Positions 42,886 through 58,250 of a DNA stretch of 64,000 nucleotides are shown one piece after another (position 1 is the first letter of the stretch; each line of letters begins with the position of its first letter). The DNA is taken from assembly GCF_009914755.1 (NCBI RefSeq), contig NC_060931.1; one strand, given 5' to 3'. A model generated the notes under the pieces. It was not told the DNA's origin. It searched no databases and saw only the letters and a program-made list of their open reading frames with translations. The DNA is from the human T2T-CHM13v2.0 reference genome, Homo sapiens. The translations under genes were made by a program, and so were the position numbers.

Positions 42886-44633
42886 ACATTCCATATTTGA
42901 TTATCATAAAAGAAAGCCATGCTTTTTAAAATGCAGAGGAAAAAATGGAGCCCAAAGACAAAATAGATAGGAAAAAATAATAGAATACATTGAGTATTTA
43001 TTAGACTTCTCTCTGTTCTCCCCTGTTTAAGGTATTAGAGGGCATGCAAGAGCTATAGAAGGCAGATTCCCTCTTTAAGGGTGACAAGACTGCCACTAAA
43101 GAAACAATTACAGACTGTGAAATTGTCTATAACCCAGTACGAAGCTGTGTGAAACCGACAGTGTTACAGACATTCAGAGAAAGGGTCATCTCCAGGGCAG
43201 GAGAAATCAGGAAAAGCCTGACCAATACAGCCATAGGTAGCTCGCTGGGGAGATTTTAAAAAGAAGGATTTGATGAGCATTCTTGGTTAGTTCTAGAGCT
43301 CTGCAATTTGTTCAAAATCTGCTAATTTTTATAACCAGGAGATAAATATTTAAAGTTGAACATATTTCCAATTGGTTCACTTAATGTTTAACACAGCATT
43401 ATACTAAAGCAAGATTAGCCACCCCTTGAGCTACTATAAACTGAGGATCAATATATAAATTGTCGATATTTAAAATTTCTTTGACCTTTTCTGAGATGCA
43501 TGTGTAATGAGTGTGTGATATGGTAAAGCCTCAGTTCTCTTCATGGGATTTGCAATTGGAGGATGTATTTATGTCACCCTAGGTAAAATGAAAAAACAAA
43601 AGAAAACAAAATACAGTATCAACTTCAAACTTTGGTTATCTTGCTAATATAGATTATATTTACTAGTTAGAAAAATATAGACTTTGAAAGACATAAATAT
43701 TCATTATTGTTATCTGCTGGGAAACTCACTATTATAGCTTTCTTGTGGGGTAGGGAAATATTAACAAGGGTAATTAACAAGGGTAAGTTGATGGTTGAAT
43801 GTGGAAGTTCAAGGTAATGAAAAGGAAACAAGACAACCACGATTTCATGGGCATTCGCTCTACCATGAACAGGCACTGTTACATGCGTGTGCATTTTACA
43901 TATGTCATATGTACCTTTCAGTGAATCTTATTATTAAATTTAAGTATAATAAAAACCTATGAGATCGAGAAGTCTTGTGGTTTCTTCAGTCCCCTAAATG
44001 GCAGATATCATCAGTGCAAGTCATATCAAAGAGATACATCACCTGCAAATGATGGTATAATGCGGCAATTTCCCAAAGACACTGGAAAAATCAATGATAA
44101 CTGAAGACATCATTACTGTTCCAAAGTATTTTACTCAAGTTTTACTATATGAAACTGAAGCTGAATCATCAGAAAATGAAAGGCTATCAGGCAAGGAAGT
44201 TGTTCTTGCCTAGCATCCAGTAAGATCACTGGACTTCTAAGTTTAAAGAAGAAAAATCTGTATGCTTAACATGTGGTTATAAGCACAAACTTTCTGCTTT
44301 GATGTTCAACGAGAAATACACACAGTCCCACTACACCTGGGGTTTACATTAAAAATCACCTTGTGGTCCACAGTTTCAGCTTAGATTGACGTTCAGACAC
44401 AATACCTCTGGTGTTAGTGAAATATGACATATCTGGAATTTAGACTATCACGCCAAATGTCACAGAAAGGAGCTAACAAACTCAGTCTTCCAAGGGAGAG
44501 AGAAGTTATTCCATGGCAAAGATTACCAAATTGTTATTTACATGGTGGATCCCAAACACACAAAATATATTTGTGGCTTTTTGAAGTACACTTGCTGGTA
44601 AACAACATGGAATCTCTGTGGCCTTACTATGGA

Positions 44634-44965
44634 ACAGTTGCTCTCAACCTGCCCCGGGCCCTAGAATCACCTGGGAGCTTTTAAAATACAATGCTGGGTC
44701 ACATCGCCAGAGACTACTGATTGGTCTGGGCTACAGTCAGAACATCAGGATTGTCAAAGCTCCCAAGTGATTCTTATGGTGTACCCGGAGCTGAGAACCA
44801 CTGCTCTACCTTAGATCAGTGCTTCTCAAACTTTAACAGGTACCTGGTGATCTAGTTAAAGTGCAGATGATCCAGCAACCCTGGAGTGGGACTGGAGATT
44901 CTGCACTTCTAACAAGCTCCAGCGGATGCTAATGCTGTTGGTTTGCAACCACCCAATGAAGAGCA
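44634..44965. mobile_element. Two adjacent MER5-like MITEs
   Basis: cagttgctctcaacct...tgagaaccactg then cagtgcttctcaaactt...ttctaacaagctcc. Confidence 0.75.
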
Positions 44966-45827
44966 AGGCTCCGGAGTGGCCAGAATCAGAAATATTCCCA
45001 CAAATTCTGTTTCAGCATTCTCCTGACTTCTGGAATATTAGGACGATTTGTATGGGGCTTGCAGTTCTTATTTCTAGATTGAACACCTCACCCTCTTATC
45101 AGGGCTGCCTTACCATTAGGCAGAAAGAGGCACAGGGCATTGGGCCTGTGAGCCTTTCAGGGACTTTCGAAAACATTGAGACCTGAAAGAATGTTATGCA
45201 ACCAAACTGAAATTTGCAAAATAAAAAGTAAAAATAATGACTAATCACATGTCCACAGAAAGTGACACGATGACTTTCATTAACTGTCCAATTTTAATAT
45301 TTATGCAATTTTAAAATTATAGATTATTTTAAACTTTTACAGTTCCTATAGTATACATAAACGCTGAGAAATCACAGCCAATCAAAATTAAATTATTTTA
45401 CTTGATAAGCCAATAATTAAGAAGCAAATATAAAAAATACTTTTAATTTTTTTCTTTAGCAAAATTGTATCTAATGTGGCATGTGGGTCTATTTAGTGCT
45501 TGATAGGATGAGGAGTAGGGCCTCCAAAAATATGACTGCTCAGGGCTAGAAAGATCTTAAAAGGACTATTCAAATGCTTTTCTTTCATACCTATAACATT
45601 CAGCCCAAGCCATCAAGGCAGTTCCCAGAGCTTTCTATGGTAACTCATCACTGACATCATTTCCTAACACACAGGTCTCTAAGCTAGCCAGAGACATTTA
45701 TACATTATTGCTCCTTCATTTTAGTGGATACCTGTGGTGTTTAGGGACCTTTCTTTACTTGTTTCAATTTATCCAAAACCATGTGGATTCTCTGGTTTCA
45801 TTCTTTTACTCATGAATCAGTGTTTGA

Positions 45828-46354
<527 letters not shown>

Positions 46355-46760
46355 TAAAAGAAAAACTGGTGTACATGAAATCAAAGTTATTGCTTTATGG
46401 TTTTCCAGTTGCCACCTCATTTTGGGCTTAAGAAATAACTTCAAGCAACCCTATTTCTCCCTCTCACTCTCATCCAGGAAAGCTTATCTCCCATAATTTT
46501 TTTTAATTACTCCAATTTGATAATCTGCTCATACACAAGCCCGTCTCCAAAAATCATATATGGATTGAGAGAAATACCTTTGTGGATAAACTGGGTCTTG
46601 ACAATATTGATGTTTATACAATGAAAAACTAAGGACATCTAAACCTAGAGTCCAGCAATTTCCCTACAACCTGGTGGATTAATTGGGGCAGCAAAAAATC
46701 AACGCAAAGACATTTTGGGGAGATGAAATTCGTGGATAACCAATGTGGGAATGCATCTAA

Positions 46761-46915
46761 ACGAGTGGTTCTCAAACTTCAGCATGCATGAGAATCACCC
46801 AAAGGATGCTTAAGACTTCAGGGTCTTACCACTACCTATGGCTTGGGAGGTTTGCAACCAGGCCCAACCAGGTGATTCTGATGCATGTGGTCATCCTTCT
46901 TATTTTGAGGACTGG
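46761..46915. mobile_element. MER5A-like MITE
   Basis: agtggttctcaaacttcagcatgcatgagaatcacc...caggtgattctgatgc. Confidence 0.75.
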
Positions 46916-47969
46916 TGTTACACATGGAAGAGAAGACAAGGAAGGGCTGGAACTTAGAGAACAATGGCATCTGGGAATCTGGCCTTTTTTACCACTGCAT
47001 CCACAGGGGCAGAGACTAGTAAGTGTATGTTAAATGACTGTGGCCTCATGAGTACATTTGAGTCTATGCTTTGTTATACTTGTTTGCCATATTAGATGAC
47101 TCTAAAATGTGAAGCTTATACAACTTTTAATTTCATTTATTTATTTATTTTTAGCTATTTTGAACAGACTGAAATTAGACAGGCAAAGCTGATCCAAGTG
47201 GAGGGCACAGAATCAGCTAAAGCAGGGAAGCAGAGAAAGGAGTGATTTTGCTTTCAGTCAATGGGGCACGCAGTGTGGATGAAGCAAAAAGAATGGGAAA
47301 GGATTTACACAGAGTGACTCTGAAAACTCTTTTGACCAGTACTCCACTGGGCAGTACTGGTGGAAAATCACTCATATGGCAATAGCCTCTGTTTTGACCT
47401 CTTAGGCTTAAACCCTAAGAAAGCCTTTCCTTCATGCATTCATTCTCTCTACCAACACCTCACAACTCACCTGGAGGAGATGGATTGTGCAAGCAATTCT
47501 TTTGTCATTATTTGCTGTAACTATTCAAGTTTGGCACATTCAGCATAGTAATATATAGTTTTGATAAAAAATAAGTATCTATTATCTCCCTGAACAGTAA
47601 AAGCCTTTAAGGATAACTACACTTAATTAAAAAAATCACAATCAAAACAACAGTAGCTGTGTCAATGGATGCTCAGCAGATTAGCTACTCTACCACTCAA
47701 GTTTTCAGGGTCAGTGGCGCATATTCCACCTTCCTTCCTGTTATTATGGATAAACTGTCGACGCTCCTACCTTTCTTTGTGTGCACTAGATCAATGCTGC
47801 TCTAAGTGCGGGAAGCTTCCCTCCTTGAGAAAGTCTTACCACAAAAAACAATGTCAGTTTAATTAAACTGCATGCTTACACTGAAGATTTATTTTTAAGT
47901 GAAAGCTTGTCATGGACAGGTAGCAGTTAGTTCTTGGGCTGGCATACCTAGCAACCTTGCATGCAATCC

Positions 47970-49360
47970 TATCCCTGCTTGCCCAAGGACATTGCTCTTT
48001 TAATTATCCCTGTTTTCTTTAGCACCAATATTTCTGTCTTTTACTAACAGGGCCATGCCTATTAGTAAATCAACATGCTGTAATATCCCATATTCTAAAA
48101 GGAATCCCAGTCCTCACATCTCCTTCCAGATACAGCCCTGTTTCTATGCTCCCTTTGACAGCAAAACTCTTCCTGTAATTACTATTTTCAGTTTCTCAAC
48201 TCCTATTCACTCTAATTAGGTTTTCCTTTTCACCACTCCACTGAAACAACACTTGTCATGGTCACCAATATCTACCACACTGCCAAATCCTGGGACCAAT
48301 TGTCTGTCCACATCACCACCAACCTCCCAGCAGCTCTAGATACTGCTTCCTTCTTGAAATGCTTTCTTCACAGGATACTGTACTCTGCTGGTTCTCATCT
48401 TACATCATAGGCTGCTCTTTTTCAGTCTTCTTCACTGGATACCTCTCCACTTCCTGACCTTTAAAATGTGGCATGCCCTAGGGCTCAGTCCTGTCTTTTT
48501 CTCTTTTCAGTCTGCACTTTCTTCCTCAGTGCTCTTGTTCAGTTCCAAGGTTTCAAATCCTAACCATATGCTGAGGAGCCCAAACGCACATGTCCAGCCC
48601 CAACATCATCCCTGAGCTCCATGCAAGCATGTCTAGCTTTCCCTTCTACATCTCCACTTGAATATCTAGTACACCTCAAACTTATGTTCAACATGGAATT
48701 CTTCACTTCTCTCATCCCCAATGCTACTCCTCTTTCCATTTTTTCCAACTAGGTGAATGGCACAATTCATCCTTTTACTTAGGCCAAGCATCTAAGGAAC
48801 ACCTTCCGTTACTTTTCTTCTCTCCCACCCACACCCAGTCACTTGCAAGTCTTATCATCCTTATTTCCAAAACCAATCTTCTCACTACCTTCATTGCTAT
48901 CCGCCCGTCCAAGTCATCATCAACATCTCTTACCTGGATGGCTGCAGTAAGCTCCTAACTGGTTCTCCCTGGTTTCTCTTTGGTCTCTCCACATATCAAT
49001 ATCTGGGTTCTGTCTTCCTCCACCAACCTCATCTTTACTGGTTCCTTCCCTCCCCACATTTCAGCCACACTAACAGTCTTTCAGTTCCTTGAGTGTGCCA
49101 CATTTACTCTGGCCACAGGGCCTTTGTAGATGCTACCTACTGATAGAATCATTATTCCTTTGCTGTTTGTTACCCCCTGCTAAGCTTTCAGTTCAAGCTT
49201 CACTCCTTCATGAAAGACCCCTCCTATTCTAGTCCAGAACAATGTTCACTTCATAACACCCTCATATCACGGTGCTCTTTGTCTTTATAGTACTTATTTT
49301 ACACATCAGGCACTGGAAAATACTGGCTGAATAAGTGGGTCAGTAAATGAATGGACAACC
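47970..49360. mobile_element. Long L2 fragment
   Basis: ttcaccactccactgaaacaacacttgtcatggtcaccaat..., ends with ggctgaataagtgggtcagtaaatgaatg. Confidence 0.75.
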
Positions 49361-52300
49361 TCTCTAAGAAACTTTGATTTAACAAATCGCTTTTTGGCTA
49401 CATAGATCTCATTTGAAACCCAAGTTGGTTAGTGCATGATATGTTTGAGGCCAACATGCACACAAGATAACCAAAATAAAGACCTGAAATTTCAACTGAA
49501 GAGAGAAGGAGTTTTTACCTTCCTCAGTAAGCAAGTGTGTTATAAGGTTTTTCTTCTTGAAAATATGTATAAAGCTGTGACTTTATTTTTGTACTTTATT
49601 TCACAATGTGTATGGGAAGGGGGTGGAGAGAAGCTTGTCTCAAAGTGTCCTGTATTTTTGGTACTTAATTTTCATCTTCCTTATGTTCCTTCTTTCTTAG
49701 ATTGAGCAGTTGTTGTCATCAGAAACATCTACCAGGAACTTACAGGGGGTCATGAGATAGCTCTACAGCAAACAAGAAAGAGAAGAAATGCTTCTTGCCC
49801 TGGCAGAATTATAAGTGGGCACACTTGCTATGTTATACAATATTAGGCATGCAGTAGAAAAAAACAAGGAACCATACAAATCACCAGGTGTCTGGTCACA
49901 AACTCTGGCAGAGCTTCACACCAAGCAGGCAAGCTACAAGATTTGGAACAACACAGCTTATAGATGAAAGTTAAAGGCATTTAATTTACTTGAAAACAGA
50001 GGAAGAAAGGACCAACACATAAAAGAACATTCATTTTGAGGGATGAGCAATTCAATTGAGTTCAAGGGTAGAGCAATGGTGACTTCTCAGCCACCTGCTA
50101 TCAATTTGACATGTATTAAGCACACGACTGGGTTAATAAAAGTGGGAGTTTGGGTTAAAATGCCCTTTGAGAGGCCCTGAAAAAATGTTTGTCTAAGAAA
50201 GTTGAAACTATGGAAGAAAAGGTGGTCAACTTCAGAGACATAGATGTAACTCCTGCAACGTGCTTCAACATGGTTTAGCCAAGCGGAAACTTTTTCTTCC
50301 TAGTGTATGCTCTTTAACGTATTTAAGATGTCCTTAACATCTTTCAGAAATCTACTTTTCTACCAATATTATATGGGTTAATATTTTTCATAGATAAAGC
50401 ACAAATAGTAGAGGGCTAATTTTCAGACTATGCTGCATTTATGAAGCAAAGCAAACCTCATCTGCTTTCATGACTTGAATGGAGGAGAATGGTTAGAGAC
50501 TATTAAAAGAGGAGAGGAGAGGAAAGAAGAGGCAAGAGCAAGAACATACAGCAGACTGGCTGCTCCAACTTGGCAGTGGTCTCTCTAGTTCCTGGAGTCC
50601 TGTCCATGAATGAGGTTGGACTTGCAGCCACCAGCCATTGCCAGTGGAGAGGCAGCGCCAGACTCCTACCAGCACTCACATGGGTGGCAATGGAATGAAG
50701 TCACCACATTTAGCAAAGGGTGATGGCACATTTCTTGGGTTTGCTATGGGAGTAACCTTCTGTTTAAATGTATTACACAGAGCTCATCTCTAACAAAATC
50801 ATCTTCCTATTTGGTTAACACTGTAAATGAAAATTCTGAACAGTGTGTGTTTACGCAAAGGTAGAATCTATACTCTCAGACTGCTATCCATTTGTGTGAC
50901 CATAAAGTCTTTAAAACTGAAGTAACGATGGGGCAGAGAGAGGCAGTATTTAATATCAAAAAGCCACATGGTTGTTACAATTTTAGGCAAGCTTAAGCAG
51001 AAATTGTATATGTAAGGAATAAAATGTCAATGTTACTTTCAGTTTGAATTTCTACCACTGAAATTTTAATTCAATCCAAAATATTCCTCTGCACATGAGT
51101 CAGGCAGAATGACCAAATGTTGATGCTGCGTGATGATGATGTCCATAGCCTGGACCTCTTCCCATCTGGCTCCTTGGATTACCTCACAGCCCTTCCTAGG
51201 TACCCAGAATGTTTGCTCTTTGGTTATAAGGCCAGATGAATGAGCAAAAACTCCCACCTAAATCTGTAGCATGCGGACAACCAAATGAATAGATATTTGA
51301 TTCTACTCACAGATATCAAACTAAATATGTTAAATTCTAAAGAGAGCTATTTCAACACTCTCAATCTTCAAAATGGAAAAGCTGCTTCTGTACTTATGTA
51401 AAATATAATATGCTATGTTATACTATTTGTTACTTCACAAAGTTTTTAACACATCATTTTAACACCTCCAAGTCTATAAATGTATACTGCAGCAGAAGCC
51501 ATATTGAGCATATATAATCAAAATCGAATCCTATATTCCTGCAGCTCTCACCACCATCAAAGCTTGCCATCTGGAGAAAACACAGGGCGACCGTGGCCTA
51601 CAGATAGATGCTTAGAGAATCCAACCTTCATCCTGAGCATGAGGGTGTTGGCGTTTGGAAAAGAGGAAGAAGGGGAAGCAGGCAAATGTGGGCTTGGAGA
51701 GTGACAATGCTAATGAAATAGGGTAAATAACAAGCTTGGAAGTGAAGACCAGGCCAGTTTCCTAGAACACTTTTCCATTCTGTATCTTGAGACTATGGAG
51801 ACAGGAAGTGGAGAGAGCAGATAAATCCATGACACTGTACTCTCCGGGATCAGCTCCTGCCATTCCGACTGCCCTAATATCCTTTCCTGCCTCCTCTCTC
51901 TTCTAGTATTGCTCTCAGATCATGCTGGATATGCTTAATATAAACTGAATTTATCATCTTCTAGAGATTCCAATATCGACTTTATGTCAATAACCTCCCA
52001 AATGCCTGTATTTTGTTCTGAAGTTTCCTCGGGGCAGTATTTTCAGCTCTCTATTGGCCATACCACTTGGATGAATAAAAAGAACGTCAATCTCCATGTG
52101 TCCAACTCAAAGGTCATGTCTTATTCCCAGTGTTGAGCAGATGCTTCATGTATGTATTTTGTTGAGAAGAATTAAGAAAGATCAGAAATGATTCAAATTT
52201 CTAGTAACAGAGAATTGGTTAAATAAACTATGGTATGGTCATTCAATGCAATATTATTCAGCTGTAAAGGAAAATACACAGAAGAATGAAAGGCTTTCTA

Positions 52301-52684
52301 TCTATTAATTTGGAAAGATTGCCAGGATTTCTTAAGAGCATTATACAGAACAGTGTGTATATTACATTACCTGCTGGTCTCTGTATAAAGGAACACTAGG
52401 AGGACATGTAAGAAACAAATACAAGTGGTTATACAGCCTAGGGGAAGAGGGTCAATGGGAACAGAACTTCTCAATGCATATGCTATTATGTTGTTCGATT
52501 TCTGAATGATGTTAATATATACAAAGGAAATAGTAATTCTAAACAAGTGGTAACATTTTTTTAAAGGCTTAATTCAGAGGCAAAAAAAAAACTGCAAACT
52601 TGAGATCAAATGAAAAAGATAATTTTGTACTCCCTTCTTCCTCTATACATTGAGCTGCAATTATCATCAACTTAAATGTCTTAC

Positions 52685-52779
52685 TTGTTAGCAACCAAGC
52701 GCATAACAGTCCAGTCCTTTGGAAACATCTCCGGGCGTATCAATATTCGGAACACAGTAAATATCTGCAGCAGGAAATC
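52685..52779 (-). CDS. DOCK4: DOCK4 coding exon, 95 nt, phase 0>2: DFLLQIFTVFRILIRPEMFPKDWTVMRLVAN(N)
   Basis: Acceptor ttttctccttatccaag|GAT, donor CAA|gtaaga, open frame. Confidence 0.96.
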
Positions 52780-53527
52780 CTTGGATAAGGAGAAAATAGA
52801 TCATTTTATTGGTTTATTGTAACTGTCAACATACATACGCACATACACAGGCAGTACTGTTGTACTGTTACCATTTCCAAAGCAATTATAGAGAAGGGAG
52901 CCATAGTTTAACAGTTTGCCCAAGGGAAGGAGTCATGACCCTTCCCATTCTCAGGACTCAAACCCACCCAAATGTTTTCTTTTCTTTCTTGGGCACAGTG
53001 AAAATGAGTTTTTATTTCTCTCCACAGGTTCTAACAATTTAGGGTTTTGAAAATAAAGTGGAAAACTTGTAACAGAAGATTAACAGGGAAATACATTCCC
53101 TTTCTTCTATTATAGCATCTTAAACATCAGAACTTTTCAATGCAGGAGAACAATGAACAGTCCTGGCTCAGCTCTGCTTTCCTTTAAGAGGGTGTCAAAT
53201 TTTAGAAAGTTATGCTCATCAAAAAGCATCTCATACAAAAACCTATTTTTCTTACAGGGCATTCTTGAGATGCAGTATTAATGGAATGTATGCAGGTTTA
53301 TAGAATTTGAGTGAATTTTCCAGAGTGTGCTGTGCACAATACATTCAAATGAGGATATGTGCTAAGTCCAGCCCAGTGAGGAGTGCTTAGTAGTTATGAG
53401 ATTATCAATATATTCCTCACAAAGATGCCATGCGAGATGGTAGTAGTATTTACTGAGATGTTATCTTTAAATCGATCACCTGAAAACACTCTTGACAAGA
53501 AGCTATCATCAGACATGGAAATATTAC

Positions 53528-53862
<335 letters not shown>

Positions 53863-55309
53863 TAGGGTCAAATGCGCTATAGCATACAATACTTAAAGTG
53901 GAATCAAGGAGATAATGTACCACACACAATGAATGAAATGAGCTTTCCCTACTCAAAAAGGGATTAGCTCAATCTAGCTTTGATTTAGATTTATTAACTA
54001 GAAAACTTAAAGAGTTTTTGGTAACCTAAGTGATTCTAGGAAAATATATTTCTCTAACAATCTGATTGAAGATAACGATATGGTGTTGCTTCAAAAATAA
54101 AAAGCAACCCCAAACACAAGAGTTTTATTTATCAAATACAATGACACATTACGTTAAACATGTAAGCTGCTTGAATGTAAGATTATGGTTGTCACTCATG
54201 TGCACAGAAGACAGAAAAAATCTAAAAACTAAAAACCATGTGGTAGCTTTATTTTCTTTTTATATACGCTAACAACTTCAATCAAGTCCATAAATATTTT
54301 GACAAGAACTTATTTTAGCTTCTTTGGCATCAACACACATATGTTGATATGTAGTATGCGCCATGTGGAAACATGCCCACTAGGTCATCCATCTTTAAAT
54401 GGCTAGACAGATCCGGTCCATGTCTCCAGAATCACTGGAAGCAGAGTTTGCCAAATGTATTTCACTGTAGGTCACATAATTTTGGGAAACACTTCACATT
54501 CTAGCTCTCTTGGGAGAGTAGGTCATTAGCTTACTAAAACTGTGAGAAGCCCTTTCTAATGCATTTCTGAAACTTATTTTAATGGTTTCTCAGTTGATTC
54601 TTTTGAGTTACTCAGACATATATATGTATATATATTATATATAATCCCTGCAAAAATGGCTTGTGCATTTATCTTTGAAAGAGTTATACCCCACTTCAGT
54701 TTCCTATCTTGGTGCATTTGCTTAGATAGATGTGAAAGTCATGAGAGTGGGGATTCTTTGGCTTTATGGTCTACAATTAGTTAGGAACAGTACAAATAAA
54801 TTCTAACATGCTGAAGTTTTATCTTCTCGCCTCAAAAGTTGTAAGAGAACTGGAAACTGGAGGCAGCACTCTTAGTGGTAGTGGTGGTGTGTATGTATGT
54901 GTGTATGTGGTGTGTGGGGTGGGGGACTGTGCTGTCAGTTGAAAGGAGGAAAAATACTGGCTGAAAAGATTGGCTATAGGAGGCAAAACATCTATCTTAC
55001 CAGCTAGCAACTTGAGTTTTCTTTTGTAGTGCTGGGGACAAAGGAAACAGTATTGCAGGTGAAGGAGTTGGGGATAGATGACCTGTTTCTGTGCTATCTC
55101 ATTTTCCTAGTCACATTTATCTCCCACTATAAAAGGCTGTGGCAGCATGTGACATTGCCAATGCCTGTGAACTGACATAAATCTTTATTTCCCCCAAGAA
55201 AACTTTTCAGTGTCTCAAGTAGTTTTCTACAGTATCCATTCAAGCTTCATTGACATTTATAAAACCAAACATATTCAACAGTAGAAACCTTATAAGAAAA
55301 ATAAAAGAG

Positions 55310-55440
55310 CACAATAATGAGGATCAGAAAACCTAGATTTTAAATCCTGGCTATGCAATTAACTAGCCCAATGACCTTGGCAATTTGTTTAACCTCTCTG
55401 GGAGTGAGTTCCCATACTTGTAAAATGTGGGGGCTTTGAG
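55310..55440. mobile_element. MIR fragment
   Basis: atgaccttggcaatttgtttaacctctctg...cttgtaaaatg. Confidence 0.65.
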
Positions 55441-56254
55441 GTCTCTTGTAGTTAGAGGAGATTAAAAAAAATCAGTATGATCATTTAGTTATTCAAAAGG
55501 CATCTCCACATTTTTCTTACTTCTAAAATGTAGGCAAATGTTTCATCATATCATGTTGTCATAACACAAATACCTTCCATTTTAGTATTTACATGTAATT
55601 TAGTTTAGCAAGTCTTTGTCTACTGCCATGCAACAGGGTTTATTCCAAACTCAGTTCCAATACTCGAAAGCAATATGACCTCAATGCTAGATTCTTTAAC
55701 ATTTCCCTCCCTCCCACCCAAAATACAGTGGTATTTCCTTGACTGTCCTCTCCGAGTACTTTTCAACTCTGGTCATTTCACTAAATATGTGTTTTTGCAT
55801 AGATAGATGTGGTTATTTTGCACATACAACTAAGTAACAGATTCTTTTTATAATTTGAAAAAGAACATTGCCATGCCTATAATATTCCTGCTTGGACAGC
55901 ACAAAGAAATAAGTGCTTCATATGCTACCATTTAAAACCTGGCAGAATGGGAGCAGTTTCTTTTTCTGTTTTACATCATACAGCACAACATGGTCACTTA
56001 AGCAGGTTAAATTATTTAACATGGTTAAACTGTATTATTGGTATTCTTCAAATCAGGGTTCAAGATAAAAAAGAAACAGGGAGGTGTTATTTTATAGAAG
56101 TATTTTTTCTGCAGAGGTTCAAGTAAGAGAGAGGTTCAAGTAAGAAAGGTCTTGTGAAAGTCTTCCAAAACAATAAAAAGTCCCATAATTAAATATAAAA
56201 CAAAGTAGGAACAGTTGTTATGATTTTAGAAATGATCACTAACATGTACTGATT

Positions 56255-58250
56255 TATAAATATCGGGTGCTTTACTATGTGCCAGGCACTGTGTTAGATG
56301 CTGGGGATACCTGGTAAGAGACATTCTTTTATTTATTCATGCAGCAGGTGTTTATGGAGTGTCTGGAACATGCCACACAATAGTAAGTAGGTTAAATGTG
56401 CTCTTTGCTTTCGTGGAGTTCACAGTTTAGTGGGAGAGATAAATGTTAATCTAAAAACCACACAGATACATGTATGCTTTGAAAATGTGAATAAGTCTGA
56501 AGGTCAGGTATTCCACACAGAGGGAACAACACCTGTAGGCCTCAGAAGCAAGAGAGAGCACAGGGTTGCCTGGACTGCAAGGAGCAGTGGCAAGACATAG
56601 GGCTGAAAGATAAATAGGGATAAATAAAAGATAGACATATTTCATAACTTTTTCCATAGTAAGGAGTCTGGACATTTATCCTGCAGGCATTGTGGAGACA
56701 CTGAGGGGTATTATGCAGATGTTTGAGAGGATCGAATTTGTGTTTTAGATTTTTTAACTGTACCATATAAAAATTGTTTTGTGCTTACATATGATACTAT
56801 GATATTAAGAAAGACACAAGACAGGATAGGCTTAAAAAATGTGGTACATTTACACCATGGAATACTATGCAGCCACAAAAAAAGAACAAAATCATGTCCT
56901 TTGCTGCAGCACAGATGCAGCTAGAGGCCATTATCCTAAGTGAATTAACATGGAAACAGAAAACCAAATACTGCGTTCTCACTTATAAGTGAGAGCTAAT
57001 CATTGGATACACACTGACATAAAAATGGGAACAGACATGGGGGATTACAAAAGAAGGGAGGGAGGGAGAAAGAAAAGGGCTGAAAAACTACCTATTGGGT
57101 ACTACATTCACTATTTGGGTGATGGACTCAACTGGGGCCCAAACCTCAGCATCACGCAATATATTCATTAACAAACCTGCACATGTACCACCTGAATCTA
57201 AAAATTTTTTAAAATCTATATTTTTTTAAAAAAGAGAAAGGCAAAAGACAAAAATTAGGCTTGTGAAACAGAATTGGCAAGACACAGAGAAATGAATCCT
57301 GAGTTCATGAAACATGAGTTAAGACATCCATAAAACAAAGCATCATGAGGCTGCTACACAGACTAGGGCATTTTCTTCTTACTTCAAGAACAATGAATAG
57401 GACAGACCCTCAGACTATACTCAAATGTCATTAAAAAAATTTGCCATAAATTTCAAACGTATAATACCCTTGATGTGAGGTTTGAATTCAATTAAAGGGT
57501 GTTAATAATCATTATCACATTGAAACTTATATTCTTAAAATGGAATCTTTAAGTATCTTACGCAAAATAACTCCCAAATGATCGTCCATCTTTTAGAGCT
57601 ATATAACCATTTTTCTGTAATCAATATATTCAAATAAAGATAAGTCAAAATAATTATATTGAAAATCTTTTGAAACAGGCAGGAATATTAAGAGCATGCA
57701 TTCTTTCAACAAAGATTTAATGTTCCAGGTTCTGTGCTTAGGACACCAAGACATGGTCTCGACTCTCAATGGCCCATAGTCATCAAAAACACAAGGAAAT
57801 GGCAAATAATGAGAGTGCATTATTGCACGCTATCAGAGAGGGAGGACTGTATCCTGGGAAGGCTTCATCGAGAAGCTGATACCTGAGTGGGTTTGTAGGG
57901 TGAGCTGAATCAGAGAAGGGATTAACAGGGGTACACATTAGGTAATGGAAGTGAGGTGGTGGTAGAATAGGCATTACAGATAGAAAAAAAATGATTCAGA
58001 GGAATTAAAAATTATATATTTGGTTTTTAAGGAATATAACAGTAGTTTGAAGTGGCTGGAGTGACTGAAAGGTGTTTAGAAGGGGGTGGAGGATAATGTG
58101 GTTGGAAGGTAAATTGAGGATAGAAACAACATGATAAGGAGATTGGACTTCGTCCTGCAAGGAATGGGAAGTACTCAGAGTTTTAAAGCTGGATTGGGGC
58201 TTGATCAGATATAATTTTTGAAAGCTAGTGGGACAGTATATAGGAGACAA
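56255..58250. mobile_element. L2 3' fragments (about 56255-56745 and 57680-58250)
   Basis: tactatgtgccaggcactgtgttagatgctggggatac and related text. Confidence 0.65.
56833..57235 (+). mobile_element. L1PB/L1MA 3' UTR end
   Basis: aaaatgtggtacatttacaccatggaatactatgcagcc...aacaaacctgcacatgtacc. Confidence 0.9.

Noticed and set aside
50680-50759. Possible cryptic minus-strand exon (aaacag|...CAT|gtgagt, 80 nt)
   Set aside because: Acceptor has almost no pyrimidine tract, early in-frame stop, no other support
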